The position numbers and the translations under genes are program-made. A stretch of 48,617 bases of DNA, taken from positions 39,594 to 88,210 of the forward strand of contig JBFMAY010000013.1 of NCBI GenBank assembly GCA_040755455.1, given 5' to 3'. The notes beneath the pieces are model-generated. The model was not told the DNA's origin, made no database searches, and was given only the letters and a program-made list of their open reading frames with translations. Shown piece by piece: positions 40,332-48,357 of this stretch (the stretch's first letter is position 1; every line of letters begins with the position of its first letter). This DNA comes from Thermodesulfobacteriota bacterium. GTDB taxonomy: Bacteria; Desulfobacterota; Desulfobulbia; Desulfobulbales; SURF-16.

Positions 40332-42332
40332 TTGCAGGGAAAAATCATAGAATATGTTGAACAGGGCAGATTTTTCTGCGCCCTGGTGCTGCAGGACCAG
40401 GGCAAGCGGCTGCGCGTCATGAACCAGAACGGGAAGGAGATCAATCTGCCTCTCAGCCGGGTGCTGCATGAAACTGACCGGAAACACCCGACTCAGCTGG
40501 CCCGGGAGGAGATCATGCAGCTGTTGCAGGGGGTGGCGGAGAGCCGCCTGCAGATGGTCGGGGAAATTGATCTGGCCGAGATCTGGGAGCTTGCCGTGGA
40601 AGAGGAGGCCTCCTCCTTTGCCCCGCTTGTTCTTGCCGAGCTCTGCTTTGGCCCGGGGGCCGGGGACGAACAGGTCGCCGCCTTTCTGCGGGCGGTGTTT
40701 GCCGATCATTTTTTCTTCAAGTTCAAGGACGGCCTTATCCTGGTGCACTCCCGGGAGGTGGTTGAGCAGCTGCGCGAAAGGGAGGAAAAAGAGCGGCGGC
40801 ACGAGGAGATGATGGAAACCGGGGCCAGGATGATGCAGTCCCTGATGGCGGGTGAGCCGCTCCCTGACTGGCCGGAACGGCACAGGTGCCTGGATATCGT
40901 CCGCCAGTATTATCTGTTCGGCAACGATGCGCCGGATGCCGCCCTGGCCCGGGAGCTCCTTAAAAAAGCGGGACTCAGCCACCCCCATGATCCTTTTTAT
41001 CTGTTGATCAAGGCCGGCATCTGGCAGCCGGATGAAAATGTCGCCCTGTTGCGCCAGGATGTGCCGGTGGATTTTGCCGCGGCGGAGCTTGAACGGGCGC
41101 GGCAACTGGCCGCGGGACCGGATGAGCAGGCCCTTGTTGCCGGCGACCGCCTTGACCTGCGCCATCTGCCGCTGCTGACCATTGATGGGGATTTCACCAG
41201 GGATTTTGATGATGCCCTGCATGTGGAGCGGCAGGGCGACCATTTTCTGGTGGGCATCCATATCGCCGATGTGAGTGAATTCGTCAAACCCGGGGATTGT
41301 CTGTTCGAGGCCGCCCGGCAGCGGGGCACCTCCATCTATTTCCCTGACCGGCATATCCCCATGCTGCCGAAAGACGTATCAGAAGGGGTGTGCAGTCTGG
41401 TCGAGGGCCAGACCAAGCCGGTGCTCAGTTTTCTTGTCCGGCTGACCGGCCGGGCCGAGGTGCTCGACTTCAAGGTGGCCCGCGCCGTGGTGCGGGTAAA
41501 GCGGCGCATTACCTACAACCAGGCCGAGGTGCTGCTGGCCGGCGGGGAAGATGAGGAACTGCGGGTGCTGGCGGAGCTCTCCTGCCGGCTGCAGGAGAGA
41601 AGGCTGGCCAACGGGGCGCTCATCATCCCGATCCCGGACGTCAACATCAACGCCGGCAGAAACGGCAGGCTGCAGGTGCGTCTCGACGAGGTCGACACCC
41701 CGGCCAGGACCCTGGTCGCCGAATTCATGGTGCTGGCCAACATGCTGGCCGCCCAGTACCTGGCCGACCGACAGATTCCGGCCCTGTACCGCTCTCAGGA
41801 GCCGCCCCGCCAGCGTCTGGCCCCCGGCGTGCAAAAAGACCTGTTCATCAATTTCCGGCAGCGACGTTTCCTGGCCCGGGGCCAGCTGCTCACCGAGCCC
41901 AAACAGCACAGCGGGGTGGGGGCGTCGCAGTATACCACCGTGACCTCGCCGATCAGGCGGATGCTTGATCTGGTGGTGCAGCAGCAGTTGAGCCATGTGC
42001 TGCAGGGCAAGGGGCCGCTGTACACGCTCTCTGACTGCCGGGACCTGTCCGCCGCCATCCTGGCGGCCCAGGCCAGGGCCAATCAGGTGCGGCTGCTGCG
42101 CCACCGCTACTGGCTGTTCAAATACCTGGCCCAGGAGGTGGGGGTCGGCAACCGGCTGGAGGCCCTGGTGCTGGAAATCCAGCCCCGCCGCATCCAGGTG
42201 GTGCTGACCGATATTCTGCTGGAAGGGGATCTGCCCCTTAATCAGGGGCCCAATGTCAGCCCCGGCGACCGGGTCAAGGTGAAACTGGCCAAGGTCAATG
42301 CCCTGGACAACAGTTTCCGGCTGGAATGGTGA
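40332..42332 (+). CDS. RNB-domain exoribonuclease (RNase II/R family)
   Basis: TIDGDFTRDFDDAL, HIADV, RGTSIY, EFMVLAN, TSPIRR. Start uncertain (TTG 40332 or upstream). Confidence 0.9.
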   Translation: MQGKIIEYVEQGRFFCALVLQDQGKRLRVMNQNGKEINLPLSRVLHETDRKHPTQLAREEIMQLLQGVAESRLQMVGEIDLAEIWELAVEEEASSFAPLVLAELCFGPGAGDEQVAAFLRAVFADHFFFKFKDGLILVHSREVVEQLREREEKERRHEEMMETGARMMQSLMAGEPLPDWPERHRCLDIVRQYYLFGNDAPDAALARELLKKAGLSHPHDPFYLLIKAGIWQPDENVALLRQDVPVDFAAAELERARQLAAGPDEQALVAGDRLDLRHLPLLTIDGDFTRDFDDALHVERQGDHFLVGIHIADVSEFVKPGDCLFEAARQRGTSIYFPDRHIPMLPKDVSEGVCSLVEGQTKPVLSFLVRLTGRAEVLDFKVARAVVRVKRRITYNQAEVLLAGGEDEELRVLAELSCRLQERRLANGALIIPIPDVNINAGRNGRLQVRLDEVDTPARTLVAEFMVLANMLAAQYLADRQIPALYRSQEPPRQRLAPGVQKDLFINFRQRRFLARGQLLTEPKQHSGVGASQYTTVTSPIRRMLDLVVQQQLSHVLQGKGPLYTLSDCRDLSAAILAAQARANQVRLLRHRYWLFKYLAQEVGVGNRLEALVLEIQPRRIQVVLTDILLEGDLPLNQGPNVSPGDRVKVKLAKVNALDNSFRLEW

Positions 42333-42442
42333 GGGCGCTTGGCTGGCCCGTGATAAAATCCGCGGCGGCCGAAGGCTGATTTTCGTCTGGATACATTTTA
42401 CACTTTATGATGCACGCTTTTCCGCGTTAAGGCACGACTGAC

Positions 42443-43096
42443 ATGGCATTTATCGATTTTCTTATTGATTTTCTCAAGGACCCGCTGACCGTTCTGCAGA
42501 ACTTTCTGAGCGTTTACGACACCCTCACCTATTTGCTGGTGGCCTTCGTCATCTTTGTCGAAACCGGCCTGATCGTCATGCCTTTACTGCCGGGCGATTC
42601 CCTGCTGTTTGCCGTGGGGCTGCTGGCGGCCTCGACCGGCAAGCTGGAGATCCAGATCATTATCCCGTTGCTGATCAGCGCAGCCCTGTTGGGTGATAAC
42701 GTCAATTACTTCGTCGGCAGAAATTTCAGCCGCGTGGTAAAGGCCAGGGAGCGGATTTTGTTTTTCAAGCGTGAGTATCTCACCCAAACCGAGGCCTTTT
42801 ACGAGAAGCATGGCGGCAAGGCCGTCATCATCGCCCGCTTTGTCCCCATTGTCCGCACCATCGCCCCGTTTGTCGCCGGGGCCGGCAGCATGCGCTATCG
42901 CAAGTATCTGCTGTTCTGCGTGCTGGGCGCGACCCTGTGGGTGACCAGCATCAGTCTGGCCGGCTATTTCCTGGGCGCCAACGAGTGGGTGAAGGCCAAT
43001 TTTGAAAAGGTGGTGCTGGCTATCATCGTCCTGTCGGTGCTGCCGATTGTCTGGCATGGCGTCAAGGCGAAATTCGCCGGCACGGGGGAACATTAA
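42443..43096 (+). CDS. dedA: DedA/VTT-family membrane protein
   Basis: IFVETGL..PLLPGDSLLF, GDNVNY, FYEKHGGK, ARFVPIVRTIAPFVAG. Confidence 0.92.
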   Translation: MAFIDFLIDFLKDPLTVLQNFLSVYDTLTYLLVAFVIFVETGLIVMPLLPGDSLLFAVGLLAASTGKLEIQIIIPLLISAALLGDNVNYFVGRNFSRVVKARERILFFKREYLTQTEAFYEKHGGKAVIIARFVPIVRTIAPFVAGAGSMRYRKYLLFCVLGATLWVTSISLAGYFLGANEWVKANFEKVVLAIIVLSVLPIVWHGVKAKFAGTGEH

Positions 43097-43145
43097 CCGG
43101 GGGCGGGCTTGTGCGTTGTTGCAAAGGCGGGGAAAAATCTGTTAT

Positions 43146-43182
43146 TCCGCCTCCCGCCTCCTGTCTTCTGACCTCTGTTTCC
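43146..43182. repeat. degenerate pyrimidine-rich heptamer repeat
   Basis: tccgcct cccgcct cctgtct tctgacc tctgttt. Confidence 0.5.
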
Positions 43183-43382
43183 TTCTCTTGCCTTCGTATA
43201 TCCCTGTGGTTTTTCATCTTGCCAGATGACATATTCCTGGAGTAAGAAAAGTTTTGAAAATAACGGGCGGCGATCTCCTGAGTTCCCGGCAAGCTGAAAA
43301 GAGGCTGCCTGCATCCGGAATACCGAAAAATTCCGCTCGATCAGCAGGGCAGAGATCATTGCCCGCGAATAATTGGTGCTTT

Positions 43383-43438
43383 TCTGGATATCATGCAAGT
43401 GGTAATAATATCCAGACCTGTAGAATTACTTGTTAAAT
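43383..43438 (+). mobile_element. candidate attI / cassette-boundary core site
   Basis: Core GTTAAAT (43432-43438, GTTRRRY) 10 bp before an ATG. GTTAAATTT matches the reverse complement of the cassette's downstream AAATATAAC at 8/9 positions. Upstream there is a TCTGGATA...TATCCAGA inverted repeat but no attC fold. Confidence 0.55.
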
Positions 43439-43448
43439 TTTAAAAGAA

Positions 43449-44095
43449 ATGATTCATCTCATTAGTCCACATTACACGTCAAAAAACTCGAACCTCCATT
43501 TTTTCGTGACCTAGTGGATGTATTTGAAGACAGAATCCGATACTGGATGCTTAATCCTGCAAAAAAATTATTAAAAGAAAGAACTGATCAAATTGCGGCA
43601 GTTGGTATCTTGCTAAATTATATCGAAGGAATAGAAATTTACCTCACGGGAAAAGACAGTAAAAGCAATTCATTCACCTTTTTTTGTAGTGGTTTTTCAA
43701 AAGTCTTCTCTGTTTCGGTTGGTGAACAAAGTGGAATTGAATATTGCGCCAAGGCACTTTATACACAAGCTAGATGTGGGTTTGCACATGACGGCCTATT
43801 CAGAAATAGAGTCTTTTTCAAAGATACAACGAAAAATGCATTTGTAATTACTTGGCCCAAGAAAGATGGCCAATTTATTTTTGACAAAGGTGTTGAATCA
43901 ATCGTTATTAACCCTATTCGGCTATATGAAGTTATTGAGATACATTTCGAAAATTATCTTAGAAAATTGAAGAAGAATAACGACAAACCGCTGACCGAAG
44001 CTTTTAGAAAAGCAGTTGATTTGAAATGGGGTTTAGATACTGACTACATAAATATAGGAATGACAGAAGAAGAATTTAAAAACAATAAATATTAA
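43449..44095 (+). pseudogene. AT-rich integron cassette gene, Rx4H (HEPN-like) protein, 1-nt frameshift in the A6 run at 43481-43486
   Basis: ATG 43449 MIHLISPHYTSK joins KLEPPFFRDLVDVFEDR... if one A is added. ARCGFAH motif. Stop abuts attC. The intact 3' ORF is 43514-44095. Confidence 0.7.
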
Positions 44096-44160
44096 ATATA
44101 ACAAATCGTTACAGCGGAAACCGCAAAGAGCGCGGTTCCCGGCTGAACTCTACGTTCCCT
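44096..44160 (+). mobile_element. integron attC site (65 bp)
   Basis: R'' ATATAAC, 5-nt spacer, L'' GTT(A)CAGC with an extrahelical base, inner stem GGAAACCGC/GCGGTTCC, L' GCTGAAC, 5-nt spacer, R' GTTCCCT; starts right after the stop codon. Confidence 0.88.
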
Positions 44161-44186
44161 GTGCTGACTTCGCCAATGACCATGAT

Positions 44187-44215
44187 TTGACATTCACCAT
44201 GATGTGGATGATAAT
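44187..44215 (+). promoter_or_regulatory. cassette-internal sigma70 promoter for the TA pair
   Basis: TTGACA-17 bp-GATAAT. Confidence 0.7.
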
Positions 44216-44244
44216 TAATGAAAAAAATAAAAGGAGTTTACATC

Positions 44245-44463
44245 ATGGAAAGCACTATTGAGATAAAACACCTTTCTCGAAAAGAGAAGCTGAGGATGAT
44301 GGAAGCCATTTGGGAAGACCTGTCGAGAGAAGATGAAGAGGTTGAATCCCCTGGCTGGCATCAACAAGCTCTGCTGGATACTGAACGTCGGCTTAGTGCG
44401 GGTCAGGAGAAAATTGTGGATTGGCAGGCTGCCAAAAAGGAACTCCGGAACCGATTTGAATGA
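44245..44463 (+). CDS. putative addiction-module antitoxin (TIGR02574/Unstab_antitox-like)
   Basis: AAGGAG RBS; LSRKEKLRMMEAIWEDL...SPGWHQQAL..R...W..AK pattern; ATGA overlap with the toxin. Confidence 0.85.
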   Translation: MESTIEIKHLSRKEKLRMMEAIWEDLSREDEEVESPGWHQQALLDTERRLSAGQEKIVDWQAAKKELRNRFE

Positions 44464-44774
44464 TAATCAAACTCCTCTCTGCCGCGCTGGAAGATTTATC
44501 TGATGGTCGGCTGTTCTATGAGAAACAAGGTGAAGGTCTGGGAGAATACTTCTTTGATTCCCTGTTTTCCGACATCGACTCTTTGATGCTTTACGGTGGA
44601 ATCCACCCGAGAGTATTCGGTTATCATCGCATGCTGTCAAAGAGATTTCCCTACGCAATCTATTATAAACTTGAAGAGGGTCAAGTGGTTGTCGTATGGA
44701 GAGTTTTGGACTTGCGGCGTGATCCCCGGAAGATCCGACAGTCATTGAAAAGCATGGGCGAACCAGGCGCTTGA
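44460..44774 (+). CDS. RelE/ParE-family toxin
   Basis: A.EDL....FYE.Q..GLG..F, RFPYAIYY, VWRVLDLRRDP. Confidence 0.88.
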   Translation: MIIKLLSAALEDLSDGRLFYEKQGEGLGEYFFDSLFSDIDSLMLYGGIHPRVFGYHRMLSKRFPYAIYYKLEEGQVVVVWRVLDLRRDPRKIRQSLKSMGEPGA

Positions 44775-44837
44775 ATGGACGCGGAGAACTCAAGCGGCGC
44801 TGGCGCGGCAACTCTGAGGTCACGGCACGCCTCTCAG
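44757..44837 (+). mobile_element. second attC, truncated at its 3' end
   Basis: R'' GGCGAAC overlapping the toxin end, spacer CAGGC, L''-like GCTTGAAT, later CGCCTCTCAG (L'-like); the spacer and R' GTT are missing. GAAC complements the GTTC at the cassette start (44154). Confidence 0.6.
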
Positions 44838-44866
44838 GAACAAGAGGGGACGGAACAAGAGGGGAC
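44837..44866. repeat. perfect 15-bp tandem duplication
   Basis: GGAACAAGAGGGGAC x2, followed by GTCCAT. Confidence 0.9.
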
Positions 44867-44996
44867 GTCCATAGAATTATAAATATTTTTTTGTGCCGAG
44901 AGACATTTTTATAATTTTATGGACTTCCCGTACTCCCGTCCCAAAATTGAGTTTTCCATCAACGCAGAGGCAATAACAATCATCGGTCTTCCTGGC

Positions 44997-45466
44997 ATGT
45001 CGAAAAGAAACAATACCGATATAGCGGACACAAAGGGCTTAAATAAGCGGATCATTTCAACCGTCTTCGGGTTGGCGGCCCTGGCCCGGCTCGATGCCGA
45101 TCCTGATTCCGAAGTGCTGCAGTATGTCAAGGAGCACTTTGTGTTGGGCAGGAGGCTTTATTGCGGCATTGAGCCCGAGAAGCCGGATACGCTGCCGCCC
45201 CCGTTTGCTCAGGCCGAGGTGAAGCATTGCGAGGAAGAGGTGAGGGGTTTTCTCAAAAACAAAACGGTAAGGGAGAAAATATGTTCCGCCCTGCAGCCGG
45301 GAGTCCGCGATCTCTTTGATACAGCCAATGCCTTGGCCCCGGTTTTTTTATAACACTCAGCGCAACAGGCGTTATAGCCACCCCATTAACGCCCCTGTTA
45401 TTCGTCGTTGCGGCGGTTTTGCTATTGAAAATCGGCGTTGCCGGCTTTTGCGCCGGTCTGCGGTAG
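44997..45466 (+). pseudogene. hypothetical membrane-anchored protein interrupted at a T7 tract (45343-45349)
   Basis: ORF stops at 45353 right after T7. One extra T reads on into ITLSATGVIATPLTPLLFVVAAVLLLKIGVAGFCAGLR* (TAG 45464-45466). Confidence 0.55.
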
Positions 45467-45519
45467 AAAACGGGGCGCAGGCCAGACCGCCTTCACTCAG
45501 ACTGGCAGAGCCCCGCAGC

Positions 45520-45690
45520 TCAGTCGTAAATAATGGTGGTGTACTGTTCCAGAATGGCCGAGGTTTTCTCGTCAAGATCAGAGGCCACCTCGTGCACCTG
45601 GTATTCGTGCCGGCAGGATTTGCACTGCAGGCGCACCCGCCGGCACGAACGTTTGACCTCAAGTTCGCCATTGCATTTGCGGCATTTCAT
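45520..45690 (-). CDS. dual CXXC motif small protein (Cys form of a small (seleno)protein family)
   Basis: MKCRKCNGELEVKRSCRRVRLQCKSC; 56 aa; 4 bp downstream of pyrE. Confidence 0.75.
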   Translation of the reverse strand: MKCRKCNGELEVKRSCRRVRLQCKSCRHEYQVHEVASDLDEKTSAILEQYTTIIYD

Positions 45691-45694
45691 AATG

Positions 45695-46249
45695 CTAACC
45701 TTTGAGTAATTCTTCCCTGGTGAAAATCGCTTCAAGCGTAAAGCCTTTCTCCGCCAGGGTTTCCGCCCCGCCTTCCTGGCGGTCCACCACGGTGATGATC
45801 TGCGCCACCTTAAAGCCCTGGGCCGCCACCCGGTCAATGACCTTGAGCAGGGTGCCGCCGGTGGTCACCACATCCTCAAGCAGGGTGACCGCGCAGCCGG
45901 GGGGCATATTCTTCTGACCCTCCAGATAGGCTTCCGTGCCGTGTTTTTTTGATTCCTTGCGCACGATAAAGGCCGGGATGGGTGATTTTTCCAGAAAGCT
46001 CACCAGGGAGGTGGCGGTGACCAGCGGGTCCGCGCCCAGGGTCATGCCCCCGACGGCGCCGATTTTTTCCGGGTGGTTTTTGATCAGTTGAAAGATGAGT
46101 TTACCGCACAGGTAAGCCCCTTCCGCCGACAGGGTTGTCTGTTTGCCGTCGATGTAAAAATCCGATTCCCGGCCGGAGGAGAGTTTGAAGTTGCCCTTGC
46201 GGTATGACTTTTCCAGGATGATTGCTTTGAGTCGTTGTTTGTCAGTCAT
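45695..46249 (-). CDS. pyrE: orotate phosphoribosyltransferase
   Basis: FKLSSGRESDFYID, VRKESKKHG, LLEDVVTTGGT PRPP motif. Confidence 0.95.
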   Translation of the reverse strand: MTDKQRLKAIILEKSYRKGNFKLSSGRESDFYIDGKQTTLSAEGAYLCGKLIFQLIKNHPEKIGAVGGMTLGADPLVTATSLVSFLEKSPIPAFIVRKESKKHGTEAYLEGQKNMPPGCAVTLLEDVVTTGGTLLKVIDRVAAQGFKVAQIITVVDRQEGGAETLAEKGFTLEAIFTREELLKG

Positions 46250-46264
46250 TATCTGTATGTCGGG

Positions 46265-47146
46265 TTAAAGTTGAGTGAAGTAGTTCTTCAGATTTGCCGC
46301 GCTGTCAAGGCGGGGCGTGATCATTCCGTCTTTTGAGGCCATGGCGACCATGGCGCCCGGGCCGTGGCCGGCAAGAACGCAGTCGGAATGGACGATGACG
46401 GCAATGACCACCCCGCCGGTTTTGTAGATACGGCCATAGGTGGCATCGGCATCGGTGATCGCCACCACATCCCCGAGCTTGAGATCGGCCAGGCCGTACT
46501 CCTCCACCGTGGGCCGGTCAAAGAGCTGAATGTCATAATCCCCGGCATGGCTGTGGGAATGGCCGATGCCCGACCCCATGATCCTGGCCGGCACCACGTG
46601 GGTAACCGGAACCTCAAGGCGGCCGCCCTCCAGTTCCCGCAGGCCCATGACCGCAAGCAGGCCAGGGTCGAGATTCATGATTTTGATGGATGGGAAATCG
46701 GTGAGCGACAGACCGCAGCCGTAAGCCTTGATCTGGATTTTGTCACCTATTACAAGATTGTCCAGCACATCCGGCTCAAAGTCAAGCAGAACATGGTCAA
46801 TGCCGCCATGCTTGCCGGTGACCCGCCCGGTTTTCCCCTGGGCCTCGCCGGATACCACCTTGGCCGTGTTGCCCGCGCAGGCGAAGAGATTAAGCGCCCG
46901 GTTGGGGCCCGGCTGGCTCTGGAACTGGGTGAAGTTCGAGATGCTCACCCCCGGCTCCACATGGTCGGCAAAGAAACCGCAGGCCGGGTCGCCGATGCGC
47001 ACATTGTAAGTGATGCCGCCCACCCCCGGATAGATGTCGGAATGGCCGTCCGGATTGATGCGGTACGGGTTTATCCCGCCGAGCGGGGAGGTGATCTCGC
47101 CGATCACCGACTGGCACACCAGTTGATTGATATTTGTTTTCAGCAT
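46265..47146 (-). CDS. DUF4438-like conserved protein
   Basis: PGVGGITYN, DHVEPGVS, ACAGN, GKHGGIDH, MGSGIG, DYDI, HSDC...GHGPG. Confidence 0.75.
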   Translation of the reverse strand: MLKTNINQLVCQSVIGEITSPLGGINPYRINPDGHSDIYPGVGGITYNVRIGDPACGFFADHVEPGVSISNFTQFQSQPGPNRALNLFACAGNTAKVVSGEAQGKTGRVTGKHGGIDHVLLDFEPDVLDNLVIGDKIQIKAYGCGLSLTDFPSIKIMNLDPGLLAVMGLRELEGGRLEVPVTHVVPARIMGSGIGHSHSHAGDYDIQLFDRPTVEEYGLADLKLGDVVAITDADATYGRIYKTGGVVIAVIVHSDCVLAGHGPGAMVAMASKDGMITPRLDSAANLKNYFTQL

Positions 47147-47165
47147 GTCGCTCCTCTGTTATTCT

Positions 47166-47256
47166 CTCATCAGCTCATCAGCTCATCAGCTCATCAGCTC
47201 ATCAGCTCATCAGCTCATCAGCTCATCAGCTTACCAGCCATCAGCCATCAGCCATG
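47166..47256. repeat. octamer microsatellite (CTCATCAG)8 grading into heptamer (CCATCAG)
   Basis: Eight perfect copies at 47166-47229, then CTTACCAG, CCATCAG x2 and CCATG. Confidence 0.95.
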
Positions 47257-47262
47257 AACTCA

Positions 47263-48357
47263 TCAAACATTAAACCGGAAGTTGATGCAGTCGCCATCCT
47301 GGGCAAGGTATTCCTTGCCTTCCAGCCGCCAGAGGCCTTTATCCTTGGCCCCCGCCTCACTGCCGCAGCGGATGTAATCCTCATAGGCAATGATCTCGGC
47401 CCGGATGAAGCCCTTTTCAAAATCGGTGTGGATGACGCCGGCCGCCTTCTGGGCATTGGTGCCTTGGCTGATGGTCCAGGCCCTGGTTTCCTTTTCCCCC
47501 ACGGTGAAGAAGTTGATCAGGCCAAGCAGGCTGTAGCCTGCCTTGATCAGCCGGTTGAGGCCGGATTCGTTCATGCCCATGTCCGCCAGGAAATCCTTCT
47601 GCTCCTCTTTGGCCAGGGTGGAGAGTTCCTCCTCAATGGCCCCTGAGATCATCACCAGCAGCGCCCCCTCCTCGGTCGCCGCTGCCCGCAGCTCATCCAC
47701 CCAGCGGTTGCCGGTGGCAATGTCCTCTTCCGCCACATTGGCCACATAGAGCACCGGTTTGGCGGTGAGCAGGCACAGCTCTTTTACAAGGGCCCTGCCC
47801 ATGTCGTCGGTTTCCAGCACCCTGGCAGGTTTGCCGTGGTCCAGCAGCTCCTGCAGTTTTTCCAGGATGGCCGCCTGGGCCTTGTAGCCCTTATCCCCCG
47901 ACTTGGCCTGGGATCTGGCCTTGTCCAGGCGCCGGCCCACGGTTTCGAGATCAGCCAGGATCAGTTCTGTGTTGATCACCTCGCGATCCCGCCGGGGATC
48001 GATGGCGCCGGCAACGTGCACCACATTGTCGTCCGCAAAACATCTGACCACATGGGCAATGGCGTCAACCTGGCGGATATGGCCGAGAAACTGGTTGCCC
48101 AGCCCTTCTCCCTTGCTGGCGCCGCTGACCAGGCCGGCGATATCGACAAATTCCATCTGGGCGTTGACCTTGTGGCGGGTCTTGACCAGATCAGCCAGTT
48201 TGTCCAGTCGCTCGTCCGGCACCGGCACCTTGCCCACGTTGGGCTCGATGGTGCAGAATGGGTAATTGGCCGATTCAATCCCGGCTGAGGTCAGGGCATT
48301 AAAAATGGTGGACTTGCCGACGTTGGGCAGTCCGACAATGCCGCAGCGAAAACCCAT
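47263..48357 (-). CDS. ychF: redox-regulated ATPase YchF
   Basis: GIVGLPNVGKST, NYPFCTIEPN, DIAGLV.GASKGEGLGNQFL, HTDFEKGFIRAE, TGS domain. Confidence 0.97.
   Translation of the reverse strand: MGFRCGIVGLPNVGKSTIFNALTSAGIESANYPFCTIEPNVGKVPVPDERLDKLADLVKTRHKVNAQMEFVDIAGLVSGASKGEGLGNQFLGHIRQVDAIAHVVRCFADDNVVHVAGAIDPRRDREVINTELILADLETVGRRLDKARSQAKSGDKGYKAQAAILEKLQELLDHGKPARVLETDDMGRALVKELCLLTAKPVLYVANVAEEDIATGNRWVDELRAAATEEGALLVMISGAIEEELSTLAKEEQKDFLADMGMNESGLNRLIKAGYSLLGLINFFTVGEKETRAWTISQGTNAQKAAGVIHTDFEKGFIRAEIIAYEDYIRCGSEAGAKDKGLWRLEGKEYLAQDGDCINFRFNV

Noticed and set aside
43093..43398. 101-aa minus-strand ORF as the integron integrase
   Set aside because: Too short, no tyrosine recombinase R-H-R-H-Y motifs, and partly made of the heptamer repeat.
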